From the NCBI GenBank assembly GCA_964036045.1, contig OZ038378.1:140492001-140556000 (forward strand): a stretch of 64,000 nt of DNA, in the 5' to 3' direction. Under the pieces are notes generated by a model. The model had not been told where the DNA came from. It searched no databases and saw only the letters and a list, made by a program, of their open reading frames with translations. Source of the stretch: Eutreptiella sp. 'Long Island Sound 2002'. Its lineage: Eukaryota; Protista; Euglenida. The stretch's first letter is position 1. Every line of letters begins with the position of its first letter. Made by a program: the position numbers and the translations under genes. This document shows, in pieces, positions 1-12,235 of the stretch.

Positions 1-183
1 CACACCATAGATGATAGACTCCGTCGAGAGAGGTGGGATGTTACCAAGAGGTCCATGCGTGGACAAGGGCCCGTGACAGTGCGGCATTTGGCGCGGCGTG
101 CTCGCAAGAGGGCACTTGGTGACCCCAACTATATACAAGTCCTCTCACAGCGTTTCAGACGCCGCCGCAAGCAGCGGGCCTAG
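1..183 (+). mobile_element. C-terminal end of a DDE transposase-like ORF, paralog of 4466-4640, truncated by the window edge
   Basis: Frame +1 reads HTIDDRLRRERWDVTKRSMRGQGPVTVRHLARRARKRAL. This aligns with HTIDNNLRRHGWVPTKRTMRRPGVVSVRLATRVRRMAL at 4466 onward. Confidence 0.6.
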
Positions 184-1009
184 GACATACGGACATGGGA
201 CCATGGGTTGTGGTGGCTCTACGTTCTTGAGTTGGTGCACGCCACACAGTGGAGGTGCGCGCGTGCGCGACAATGAATGCGAAAATCGCTAGATATTCGC
301 CCGAATTTGCGGCATATTCAAGTTCGCATTGCCGCTGCAGACAAAGGGAAAGCCCGCGGTAGGATAAGGGCATTTTGTGGGGCACCGTGGCACCGTGGCG
401 TGTGAAAAAAGGGGCCGTTTCTTTTCATGGGCACCAGGATTTTGTTTTTTTAGAATTTTTAGAAATCTTGCGACCATCCCAACTCTGTGAAAATAGTTGT
501 TCCCGGTCGGAATCGTTCAGAATCGTTCACTTCTGCAACCATATTCGCGTGATTTTCGCTCTCCATTCAAAGGTTACTTTACCGGCCGTCGGCAAAGGGT
601 GCACCTCCCTCACACTGTGGCCGCGCATTGGCCCACAACCCTACACTTACTTGACTATGAATCTTCACCCTCACGACACCCACGAATGACAACGAAGCGC
701 TGGCCTACAACCCCTACCTCCGTTGCGGCGGCGGCAGTGCCTGGGGTAGGCACACGGTAACGCAGACATGGGGCATGCGAGAAGCGGCGATGGGGGTTGC
801 GCAGAGGTGCCGTCAACCAGCGTCTCTTTCCTGCCCCCCCCCCCCCCCCTCGCAGTAGACCCAACCGCGACGGGTCCCCACTCGGAAGCCCCAACTGCAG
901 CCCACGGGGCGCCGAGACCCGGACCGTTCGCCGCTGTCTTTGTCAACGGACAAGACAATAACCTCGGGCACCCTCGCTGTATGGGCGGGGGGGGGGGCGT
1001 GCGCTGGGG

Positions 1010-1390
1010 AGTCGCGCCATCTCCTGGAGAGGGACTGAGTGTGAGGACTAGCGCCTGTCTCGGTCCCTTGCAGCTCAACTCCTGCGAGCTCGCGGGGGCG
1101 GGGAAGAGGAAGAGCGGCTCCCGCCGCTTGGGCTGTGTGGAGGCGGCAGTCCTGCCGTCGCCCGGAGACGGACACGGTGTGAGGACTGGCGCCTATCATA
1201 GTCGCCCTTAGCTGAGCGCGCGAGCTCTAGGGTCGGGGGAGAGGAGGGGCGCCCGTAGCTTGGGCTGTGTGGAGGGGGCTGTCCTGCCGTCTCCTGGAGA
1301 GGGAGTCGGTGTGTGGACTAGCGTCTATCGCGCCCCCTCGCCCCGGCTAAGCACTTCGGGCGTCTTGCCAAGGGAGAGGAGGGGCGGCGT
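1010..1390. repeat. GC-rich tandem repeat, unit about 135 bp, about 2.7 copies
   Basis: The motif ccrtckccyggagasgg...tgtgaggact recurs at about 1017, 1155 and 1287. gcttgggctgtgtggagg recurs at about 1126 and 1258. Confidence 0.8.
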
Positions 1391-2746
1391 TGGGGTTGTT
1401 GGCCCCAACCTTGGTGCTATAGAACTAGATCCCCTCTTTGCAATTGAGGTCACGGGGTCTGACGGACGTCTCCTCACAGACATACAGCCGCATAATCCAC
1501 GATAGGATCGCCAACGCCGCGACCGCCCTTTCTTTGGAGGTCCAAGACCCTCGGGGAGAAATACGCTTGTGGTCCTCGTCCCCTCCTAGATTTGGCGATG
1601 CAGCAATGCAATGGGGCTACGGTTGTGGGTATGAGCTCCAAATCCTCGGCAGCTCGCTTGCGTGCTTCCGTAGATTTGTGCCGCTTGGTGGAAGTATTGC
1701 TTTCTAGTTCACTTCCGGGTTCCCATGCACACCCAAGTGTATGAGTTTGCCCGAGCCCGACGGTGGTGGACATCCACAAGTATCCCCATGAGAGGACCCC
1801 CCCCCCCCTTGGTCGAATGAATGTTCCAGTCAGCGGAAGTGGTGCTGTTTCAAGTTGAACCACATTGTCTACTTTTTGACAGTGGTAAACACACGGTGTT
1901 TGTCACCGTTAGGTTACCCACGCACTGTCCCCTCGTAGGCAGTTGTATTTATTTCTGCCCGCGCACCCACCCATGACACATGTGGTTGGAGAGCCGATCG
2001 AGTCCTCGGACCATTGCCTGCGGTGAGGGCCTGTGGAGAGCAGCGTATGTAGGCTGCTATGTGCCGATACCATTGAGTTCTGTGTGTCAATCCAGGGCTA
2101 TTTGCTTGTGTCACTGGGCAGTGAGATGAGCTAAGACGAGGTATAGTGATACTTGTGTATCGCATGAGCCACCAAAGACCTATGCTGCAACCAACCGCCA
2201 CAAGATTTGGAGATTTGTGTCAGCAAGCATTGTCTACTTTTTGCTGGCGGTAAACGTCATCTCGTGACAGCCCACACCCTCAGCCGCAACTCAAGAAGTA
2301 TCTGTGTGTGGCTGTACATAGTCCCCGGGTAGGGGTGGTGGATTTGGACGCCATGTCAAGTGACGGTTGTCAAGTGAGGATGCTCAACGAAGGGGAGTAC
2401 ATCATGCACCGTTCAAATTAGGGGCACCAATCGTTCTCTTCTTTTTTGCATGTTTCTTTGCTAAGGGGAGGTATTTGGGTAGGAAGAATGTCATACTTCA
2501 TTGTACGGAACACTGTTGGGAAGACGCCTGGAAGTTTTTGAAATCCCTCGGAAAAATGCTTGGAACTTTTGGCAGCCAAATTCGGCCCCAAAACGCAACC
2601 AATATTGCGAGGAATCTTCCGTAGACCTTCCACAGTACCATCCCCCGGTAGCTCGGAAGAAATTTTGTTCCCGGTGTCTGAAGTTTACCTTGCGATATCA
2701 GTCCCATTTACTGACGCGCCGCGCGCACCCCGTTGTGCACCGCGCG

Positions 2747-2892
2747 CGCACCGCGCGGGCGTTTCTAGCAACCCTCTTCAGCATTGTTCAAGTTTTTTTC
2801 AGGGTGGCAAGGACGCGGTGGCCTGAGGGGTACGCATACAACAACGGAGGCCTCCACTCCGGCCTCCTCACCAAAGGTGCTTGTAGCTGCCC
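2747..2892 (+). repeat. Left arm of an inverted repeat of about 145 bp (partner 6431-6584)
   Basis: caaggacgcggtggcct...catacaacaacggaggcctccactcc..cctcctcacca occurs here and as the reverse complement at 6431-6584. Confidence 0.85.
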
Positions 2893-3379
2893 ATCATGTG
2901 CACAGGGGGTCCCAACTCCTTCATGATCCGCGCGTCACCGCACACCCCACAAGAGCTATAGAGGGAGGGGCGTGGCACCCTTGGCAATTGTCTGCCATCG
3001 CGACAGCCATCGCAACCTGGCTTGGCGCCCTATCCCGCAGCTACGGCACACGGGCTCAGCACAAGGGAGGGGCAAATAGTGGTGAGGTGCAGAAAAAAGC
3101 ACAAGGGGAAAGAAAAAGTGGTCCATGCACGTAGAAAACGCCCGCACCGCGCGCGCACCGCGTTGTGCACCGCGCGCACCGCGCGGGCACCTTTCTCATA
3201 GTTTATAGGATCGTACTTGGCACGATACTTATCGCAAACAAGGCGTGCATACACACGGGTTGGTGAATGCCATACGGGTGTATCATACACTCTGAAGAAA
3301 CACATGGCGCTGGTATGTACAGCACAGAAGGTAAAAAATGGCAGGAAAATGGTGGGCATATTATGAGTGTAGCGGCCCA

Positions 3380-4660
3380 CAATGGGAGGGCATACATTTT
3401 GATTGTCGGTCCCCCGCATGCATTGCACCTTAGCCTGTGTCCGTGACTCTTTACCCATGAATGATGAGAAAGCTCCTTCATCAGATCAAGGGTAGAGTGT
3501 CACAAACAACCAAGCAATAATAGTACATTGCATGCGTATTCTAAGGGTGTCATCTGTATGCGTAGCGCTTATGCTCGGGCACCTTCCTCTATAGGTACGA
3601 ATTGGATTGCACAACACACTTCAATGTTCCCTCAAAAATTGTGAATCTCATTTAATATGAAAAACGGCAAATCGCAATTGGTGCTTTGTATTCAATACCC
3701 TAAAGCACGTGGATGTGCGTCATCGAAAATGGCATCATGCCGTTGGGACCGTTGGGGTGGGCCGCAAGCCTAGCCAACATTACAACGCACTGTATAGTTT
3801 TATGACCATGAAAGAAGATGTAGTGCGCAACTAGCAAAAGCCGAAGGATGGTGCCCGAAACACGTGGTAGATGAACCAAGCAGTGTTGTTGCTCAAGACA
3901 ATTCACCCCTTGTATTCCTCTTTTTTGGCACATTATGAGACATTGTACCTACAAAGTACGGCTTCTGCAATGGGGACATCGACACAAGGTTTTTTTGAGG
4001 ATAAGTATGCGAAACGCTTGGAGTTCCATCTGCAAGACGAGTATGTGGCTTGGGCAGTAGAGTGTGATACACCGCGGAACACCATTCCCCATTTTGCCCC
4101 TCATCCAGACAAAGTGGGATTCAGGCATTGAACACCATTTCAAGGTGTAGGGGGACCGTGACCACTGCGGCACATATGTGTGTGTTTGCTCGGCAAACAC
4201 AGTGGTTCACTTGGGGGCACGTTGAGCGGTTGAGGGAGTATTGTGTGGACATGGGCCAAGCCCATTCACAGTTGCAATGGGAGAAATTGTTGTGGTCACA
4301 TTTGTGGAGAGATCACATGTATTTTTTCGCACACTAGTGGCGAATCCTCTCCAAATTTGCATGTTTCACCATTGAGGGGAGCCACCGGCGCCCTCGGTGT
4401 GTGTTGCGCAATATTCGGGGCCTAAGCCTCTTGTGGGGCAAGCTAAGTGTGCAAGTGGTGGTGGATCACCATACTATTGACAACAATCTTCGCCGACACG
4501 GGTGGGTTCCCACCAAGAGGACCATGCGCAGACCAGGCGTTGTGAGTGTGCGACTTGCCACTAGAGTGCGCCGAATGGCACTCAATGACCTAGGCTATGT
4601 TTACATTTGTAGGAACGATTCCAGGTACGGAAGAGGCGCTGTTAACTCAAGCACTGTTTG
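3380..4660 (+). pseudogene. Degenerate DDE transposase, Transib/RAG1-like C-terminal catalytic region
   Basis: 4297-4410 translates WSHLWRDHMYFFAH*WRILSKFACFTIEGSHRR. This is H-x4-H followed by E exactly 20 residues after the second H, the same spacing as RAG1 H937/H942/E962. Several stops and frameshifts lie upstream. Confidence 0.5.
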
Positions 4661-5008
4661 CAAAGTGGTGTCTCTTGTTTTGTCTATTCTGCAAGTTTTG
4701 TGTAGATACCCGTCAAGTTTGTGAAATTCGCGCCAAATTCACACAAAACTCGCATGAATTTCGCATTAAATTCACATTCACAAGCTAGTAGGAATGTTGG
4801 ATGACAAGAATAATGTGAATGCCAAAGAAATGGGTGTCCACATGAGTTCCTAGGCGCGCAAGTTGTATCTTGGACTTGCAATTGAAAAGCGCGCGTGTTG
4901 TGTTGTGTTGTGCTATGATGTGCTGTGCTGTGTTGACTTGTGTTGACCAATTTTTCATTTATTCCCTAAAATTACCACACATGCAGTTTTGTTGTAGGAA
5001 TTTCCCCC

Positions 5009-6044
5009 ATGGAAGACGCCGCCAACGGTGTCAATCCCCCATTTACTGATTGTGCTCACCACTTGGTGCTGAAATGGGAGCTGCTGCCCACTGCGGACTT
5101 TGGGAGCAAGGAGTTCAACAACATGGTTCGAAAATTGGCGGAGATTTTGAGAGGTCGATGGCGGTTAGGAAGCGGCAAATTCTGCAAGGAAAACCATCGT
5201 GCGTACGTGCGCCGTCGCAGCGAGGCGTTGGACTGCAACCTTCAGCATATTTATGATGTGCGGAAGCAAGTGTGTAATTTTGGCTGGGTGAGGTTCTCCT
5301 TTTTTATTTTCCCTTGCACTTCTGCTGCCTTTTTCCTCTGAAGATTGTTGCTTGCAAAGTTGTGGAGGATAGGGCGCTTGAGGCCTTGAACGAAAACGTT
5401 GCCCGGACACCGGCGTCCCCTATTCCAGCCTTTTACATTTCCAAGGGCCATAGAACCTTCAATGACAAGTTCAAGATTGGGCACTACAATTATTGGTAGG
5501 ATGCCGATTCCTTGTTGTACGGCCTTGCAGAAGATCCAGCGCTGCATGAGGAGGAGGAGTTCAAGATCCTGCTCATGAACGACTTCTTGGGCAACTGCGT
5601 GTGGTTTGGAGGTATCTGCTCTGGAGTTCGAGCGGATGCCCGGATTATGAAAGAGCAGGTGCCCCCTTCGCGCAACCTGGAGCGAGGGGAAGCACATTTG
5701 TTGGATGGTGGGTTTGGTGGCCGCCTCGGGTCCGTCACCCCTTTTTCAAAGCCCCCAAAGAGGGAGATGCCCAAGTGGAAGACGAAGGCAAATGATGGGC
5801 ATAGTTTCGTGCGTGCACACGTTTCGAGCATGTCTTGACGCAGCTACATGCATGGGGCGTCTGCCGTGACACCTACCAGAAATATGGACATTGCCTTCTG
5901 GACCGGATCCAGAAATTGCATTGGATTGTGCGTGCCGTTGTGCACATCCAACTATTTCTGAATGTCAAGAACGTCCGCTACGAGCTGCACGGTCTGTGCA
6001 GCCACTTTCCCGACGCCACCTTTGGCCAACCAAAGGCCGCATGA
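5009..6044 (+). pseudogene. PIF/Harbinger (IS5-like, DDE_Tnp_4) transposase pseudogene with a 74-nt GT-AG intron (5270-5343)
   Basis: Motifs ILLMNDFLGN..SGVRADARI, LLDGGF..VTPFSKPPKREM..KANDGHSFVRAHV/EHVLTQLHAWG. The intron splices in phase 0. There is one in-frame stop (5497-5499) and a frameshift near 5825. Confidence 0.7.
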
Positions 6045-6430
6045 CAGCACACGGACTTGGATTCATCCTCTTCCGACTCACATACATCATCCACCTCATC
6101 AGAGTCATCCCTTACAAGCGCCAAGGAGAACGAGGAGTAGACAAATGAATTGATGCAACTACCTTGTGGAATGGGGCAATCCATGAGGTAGCCAAGCGAA
6201 GCGCAAAACGGACGAAACGACTACCCAATGGGATTGGGCACCCCATTGGGTGGTGAATCAAAACGCGAAACGGTCGAAACGAAGTACCTTGCAAGTTTGG
6301 GCACCCGGTGAGGTACTTGGCAAGCATTGCAAAGTGCCTGCATGCTTGCCCCGCTCTTTGGTGTTGGGCCGTGCTAGAGAGCGGATCCTTCTCCTTTCAT
6401 CATCAACCAATGGCCCCCTTCGTCAGGGAG

Positions 6431-6584
6431 TGTTGGTGGCTACAACCACCATGCAATTGGTGAGGAGGATGGAGTGGAGGCCTCCGTTGTTGTATGCTTA
6501 CTCCTTAGGCCACCGCGTCCTTGACAAGCTGAAAAATCACTGAAATTTTTCGAGACTACGATGGAAAGAACGCGCGCGGTGCAC
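6431..6584 (-). repeat. Right arm of the inverted repeat (partner 2747-2892)
   Basis: Reverse-complement match. The ORF track shows QGRGGLR..HTTTEASTP on opposite strands at both sites. Confidence 0.85.
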
Positions 6585-7664
6585 GTACCTCCCCGTGGGG
6601 ACGATTTACCATGCTTGCACACTGCTTTCGTATTGTTTTTTCTGTGCACCATTGCCCCCCCTCCCAAACTGAACGTTTGACCAAGAAATTGAAGTTTGGG
6701 GTATGCGCGCGCGCGTGTGTGTTGGTGTGTGTGTGTGTACATCACTTGTTTCCCAGTTCTTTATTTCTGTGTCAGTAGAAGGCAGTAGAAGGGGGATTCC
6801 GCCCACCCACCCGCCCGACCCATACACTACCACGCTGAGTGCGCCTGCGATGCCCATTGGGACATGTGTTAAGGACGGTTTACCATGCTTGCGTACTACT
6901 TTCACGTTGTTTTTCCATGCCCCCCTGCCCCCCTTCCCGGACCAAGGTGGACAGTTGGTACAATACAAATTGCAATGGTTTGCTCTGGAGATGTGGTGTG
7001 TTTATTTGCAAAAAAAAAAAAGCAACATCAGAAAATAGATTGATATTTTTTGGCCCGACGCACATTATTGATCAAAGACTTGGTGGGCTGCGCGAAAACA
7101 GGATGTCCGTGCACAAAATGCGATGAGGGTTACTAGGCAAGGGTTACTGACCAAACACCCATTCTACACCCCTTTTCGCACAAATTTCAATGAATTGCAT
7201 GTCATCAATAGGCCCAAACTGGGGTTCAAAGGGTTGCCATTTTTACACTTTGTATGCATTGCGTGCGCACTCCATGAACGGCATTCCCAATTGACTGCCA
7301 AATCAGTCGGGATCAGCATGCCACTCAAGCATCTTGTTTCAGGCTGTGGGACAACAATAGTTAACAATAGTTGAGTATCTACACCTCCACATCTGTAAAC
7401 GGCATACATGCAGCAAATGGGCACAGTGCGATGCGGTGTGGTGTGGTGTGGTGTATTGTGGTGTGGTGTGGTGTGGTGTGGAGATGCACGGCATGGTGTC
7501 CTGTGGGGTTGGCTGAGCAATCTTGTTTCCCACAACAAAATGCAAAGTGCCAATGTTTTTTCTTGTGAGCTGTCGTTATTGCTATTATTGTTGTTATCCC
7601 AAACACTGAAAACAAACTTGCTGCATTTGGTGCACATGCCGCACCTCCAGCTTCTTTTGCTCAG

Positions 7665-7800
7665 GTGTCAGAGACTGTTGCAAGTACAGTGGCTGGCAAC
7701 ATCGCCAGTCTATGCATCAGTGAAGAGCGCCATTTTAGGATTGCGGCCGGAAAGTGCATCAGGGCCCTTTCATCGGTGACAAGCTCAGATTTTGATGAAG
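7665..7800 (+). CDS. Putative host exon A (HEAT/ARM-like protein)
   Basis: Acceptor cttcttttgctcag, donor AG|gtgtgt, open peptide VSETVASTVAGNIASLCISEERHFRIAAGKCIRALSSVTSSDFDE. Ends in phase 1. Confidence 0.55.
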
Positions 7801-8701
7801 GTGTGTGGTGCCACACGCTGTGCACCGGGTGCTGGCATGTGATGATTTGGTGGTCTGGGTCGGAGCTTACAGAGTCATGTGATTCTGATGTGGCTGTGGT
7901 CTGGTTGTTAGGGAAGTGTGGGATGCGTTTCGGGGGATGCCCCGATCGCCAGCACCGACCCCTCCGTCGCTGTCCTCGCGCGTCCGGTCCCTCACACTCC
8001 TGCCGTTCTTGCCTTGTTGGTTGCCACTCTCCGGCTCCCCACTGAGGGCCGAGCCCGCTGCACAGCACCGCCAGTCCCCAAGGCTGGACCTCAGCACGCT
8101 GCACACAAGGGCCCCACGGCTTGTGTGCCCCCCTCCACATTGCCCAGGACCGCTGTGTCATCAAACAGTGCCGTCGTTCTTACGTTATACGACTCCGTGG
8201 GCTCCTGTGCCTTCATGCCAGCCTGTGCATGCAGTGTGGCCCAATGCAAGGGGGCTGTGGCCAGAATGTGCATTGATGGTCGAGCCCCCCCCCAATCACT
8301 TGAATTGCTTCCCCCCGTTGTGCAAAGCATACACTGTGATGACATGTGCTGACATGGTTTCAAGCGCATCCAGCATTTCTCTCACTGTTTCCCCGACCTC
8401 CACATCCAGCTGTGTTGCCACATCCCGGATGATGCACTGCACTACCTCGTCATGTGTAGCTGCCAGGTCCAAAAACCACCACTGATGTCGACCCTGTTCT
8501 ATGGTGTGGTGTGGTGTGGTGTGGTCAAAGACGCTGTTGCCAAATGGCAATGGTCAGGATGGACTTGCACGTGGGAAAATGCAAGCCGGATGTGTCTAAG
8601 CGCGCGCTGTGTGTAGTGTGTTTCGCACTTGGGATAGCGAGGTCATGAAGCGTCCAGTCTCAGTTTAGGGCTGCCCAAGGGACGCCCTGCTCTTTTGTTT
8701 G

Positions 8702-8850
8702 CTAGTAATGCTGGAGTTCTCGCACTGCCCACACCATCGTTCCTCCTAGACCTGCGCGGGCTTTGATGAGGCCATCTCGAGCTGTGGCGTGGGCCATCCA
8801 GACCTTCCGCGACTCCGACAGTACTTGTCGGATGAATTCCGTTCCCATGT
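8702..8850 (-). mobile_element. Short non-LTR retrotransposon ORF2 C-terminal fragment, paralog of 14670-14830
   Basis: GTEFIRQVLSESRKVWMAHATARDGLIKARAGLGGTMVWAVREL versus GTEFLHHVMEESIRVWNTHAEAHATLLKARLGPNSTMAWVLQEL. Confidence 0.6.
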
Positions 8851-9468
8851 CGTGTGTTACAAGTGTAAAAAAAAATAAAACTAAAAATATAATATATATG
8901 TCCAGAAATGAGGGGGGGGGGTCAAATCCACGTACCAACAGGGGTTTCGCCGACACCGGGCCGATTTCTCAAAAATATGGTTCCGGAGGGGAGGGGTGGG
9001 TATGTTATACCTTTCCGAAAAGTGCTCACTCTTGGCTCTTGGCAACGCAATTGGAGTTTTGGTCTGACTCAACGATATGTCAAAATGCCAGCCCGAACGA
9101 AAAAACCGTTTCCCTGCCAGAGGCCCCGTTCTGCTGGTCTGTTGCAGACCATGCACGTACCTAGAGACCGTTCCGGGGTCATATCTCCAACATATTGTCA
9201 CTGCATCCAATTTCGAATGCAAAGTAAAAAGATGCAATTTTTCGTGCTGAATCCATTGCTTTTGGTCTCAGGTTCCAATTCAATGATATTTTTGAGAAAT
9301 TTACCATTTACTGTCTGCAGGGCACTGCTGGACCAGCCATTTTCTGGTTGGGTCTCCCAAGAAATCCACTAAGTCCTCAAACATATTGTTTGACAAGGGG
9401 GGGTTGTTATACCTTTTCGGAAAGCTCTTGAAATGGGCTTTCCAATGCAAGACATGAGGTCCTAACTC

Positions 9469-9617
9469 CACAACATGACGACGGTATGAGTGCCACACGG
9501 TTGTTAGTCCTTGCCCTGATTTTGAAATTCAGCACCAAAAGACACAACATGACGACGATATGAGTGCCACACGGTTGATAGTCCTTGCCCTGATTTTGAA
9601 ATTCAGCACCAAAAGAC
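9469..9617. repeat. Near-perfect tandem duplication of about 74 bp
   Basis: cacaacatgacgac..tatgagtgccacacggttg..agtccttgccctgattttgaaattcagcaccaaaaga occurs twice, head to tail. Confidence 0.9.
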
Positions 9618-10091
9618 ATGAGACACTCATATACGATGCGTTCACGGTAATGTCCACCAAATCACCTCATGCAACGCTTGGGGGTTGATGACACCCTCAT
9701 GATCTTGTGTGGCCAAGAGAGCGGCCTTCTCGGTGTCCCTCTCCGCGGTGTTTAACATGAATAAAGTGTACGAAGATTGACCCCTGGGTAGCGTTGTCTT
9801 ATGGTGAGGAGGGATGCACTTGAATCGGCGGAACGGAGGGAGAGGGGTGATAGTGAAAGGGATGGCGAGTTTGGCGTGGATGGTCCCTTGGAGGAGACCG
9901 TTGTCTCTTGGGGGTTTGGAAGAGAGCACGGGCATCCATAGTGACAAAAAAATAAGCAAAGAAGTGAAGAAAACTGTGAAAGGGGGGCCAAACATAGCAA
10001 GCAATGAGCAACACAAATCAGAAGTTCTGCAGCAAAATTCTATTGCCTTCGGCCTCGCAGAGAATCTACTCCAAGCAACACACACACAACA

Positions 10092-11150
10092 TAGGGAAAA
10101 AACGACATAAATGGGGCCTAAAATATGCTTTACATACCTTGGATGGTCATTTTAGGTGGTCACAATATCAAAAAAACATGTTTTGAAAACTTCGATTTTT
10201 GAGCTGCCTAGGGTGAAAAACTGCATAAGTAGGTTGTGTACCAATCCCTTGGAAGACAACCCCCCCCCCCCCCCCCCGTGCGCGCAATACCCAAATATGG
10301 TGAAAAGCACGTAAATACGGCCTAAAACATACATAGCTTGGATGGTCATTTTAGGTGATCATGGTATCAAAAAAATAAGTTTCGAATACTTCGATTTTTG
10401 AGCGGCGACCTCGGTGACCCCGTGGTACCCACTCTGAGGGGTGTTAGTGTGGATGTTGTGACAGTATATACCTACTAGGATACAAAAGGACGGTTTTTTT
10501 CAGTCTGTAGCGTTGCCGAGGGCCAGTCAATATCGGTGCTAAAGACGTGAAATGGCTGTCTCAACCAATACCGGCCTAGTGAATGGGCCGGTACACAACC
10601 TGCGAAGGCAGTTTTTCACCCTGGGCAGCTCAAAAATCGAAGTTTTCGAAACTTACTTTTTTGATATTGTGAGCACCTAAAATGACCATCCAAGGTATGT
10701 AAAGCATGTTTTAGACCGTATTCATGTGTTTTTCACCCTATTTGGGTATTAGGTGGGGGGGGGCTCCAAAGGGATTGGTACACAACCTGCTTATGCAGTT
10801 TTTCACCCTGGGCAGCTCAAAAATCGAAGTTTTCGAAACTTCTTTTTCTGATACCATGATCACCTAAAATGACCATCCAAGGTATGTAAAGCATGTTTTA
10901 GGCCGTGTTTATGTGTTTTTCACCCTATTTGGGCATTTGGCGCACGGGGGGTGGGGGGTGGGGGGTCTCCCAAGGGATTGGCACACAACCTGCTCATGCA
11001 ATTTTTCACCCCGGGCAGCTCAAAAATCAAAGTTTTCTTTTTCTGATACCGTGATCACCTAAAATGACCATCCAAGGTATGTAAAGCATGTTTTAGGCCG
11101 TATTTACATCTTTTTCACCCAACTTGGGTATTTGGTGCGGGGGGGGGTGC
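10092..11150. mobile_element. Foldback-type element with inverted arms built from repeats of about 190 bp
   Basis: The unit containing cagctcaaaaatcgaagttttcg...cacctaaaatgaccatccaaggtatgtaaagcatgtttt occurs about 3 times forward (10590-11150) and about 1.6 times reversed (10092-10405), around a spacer of about 180 bp. Confidence 0.8.
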
Positions 11151-11159
11151 GGGGGTTGA

Positions 11160-12235
11160 GGGGAGGCCAGAGCCCTCCTGTTGCGGGTGCACCTACCAAG
11201 GGGTAGATGGGTTGTCTCTCCATACCGATGGTCGCTGCTCGGGACCACTGGTTGCAAAAGAGAAGGCAAGAGCGCTCCTGCTGCGTTCACCGGCTAGGGG
11301 AAGACCGTTTGTCCCTCGGTGCTAGTGGTCGCGGCTCGGGAGGGGTGGTCGCTGTGGGAACGCCAGAGCCCTCCTACTGCGGGTACGGCTAGGAGGAGAC
11401 TGGTTGTCTCTCCATGATGGTGATCGCTGCTCGGGACCGGTGGTCGCTGAGGGGAGGCTACAACCCTCCTGCGGTAGGTTCACGGGCCAGGGGGAGACTG
11501 GTTGTATCTCCGTGCTGGTGGTTGCTGCTCTGGAGGGGTGGTCGCTGAGGGGAGGCCAAAGCCCTCGTGCTGCAGGTTCACCGGCCAAGGGGATGTTAGA
11601 GCCCTCCTACCGCGGGTTCAGCGGCTAGCCGGAGACACGTTGTCTCTCCGTGCCAGTGGTCGCTGCTCGGGACCGGTGGTTGCTAAGGGGAGGCCAGAGC
11701 CCTCGTACTGCGGTCCGGTGACCGCACAGCAAGAGGGCTCTGACCTCCCATCGGCGACCACCCCTCCAGAGCAGCAACCATCAGCACGGAGATACAACCC
11801 GTCTCCCCCTAGCCCGTGCACCTGCAGCAGGAGGGCTCTAGCCTCCCCTCAGCGACCACCGGTTGCGCTCATCGTTGCGGGTTGACGTGCCAGGGGTAGA
11901 AGGGTTGTCTCCCCGTGCTGTTGGTCGCTGCTTGGGAGGGGTGGTCGCTGGGGGGTGGCAAGAGCCCTCTTGCTGCGGGTGCACCGGCCAAGGGGAGATG
12001 GGTTGTTTGTTTGTGGTAGCGGTGGCTGCTCGGGAGTGGTGGTCGATGAGGGGAGGCCGGGGCCCTTGTGCTGCGGGTTCACCAGCTAGGGGAAGACGGG
12101 TTGTCCCTCCGTGCCAGCGGTCACTGCTCGGGAGTGGTCGATGAGGGGAGGCCAGAGCCCCCCTGCTGCGGAGTCACCTAACAGGGGTATACAGGCTGAC
12201 TCTCCGTGCCACCGGTTGCTGCTCGAAAGGGGTCC
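11160..12235. repeat. GC-rich minisatellite of about 97 bp with an internal inversion (about 11728-11870)
   Basis: gggaggccagagccctcc...gggttgtctctcc...ggtcgctgctcggg recurs every 94-100 bp, with a reverse-complement copy in the middle. Confidence 0.85.

Noticed and set aside
613-619. CACTGTG (RSS heptamer) downstream of the left-edge transposase copy
   Set aside because: No matching nonamer at a 12- or 23-nt spacing, no equivalent after the second copy, and several chance 7-mer hits are expected in 64 kb.
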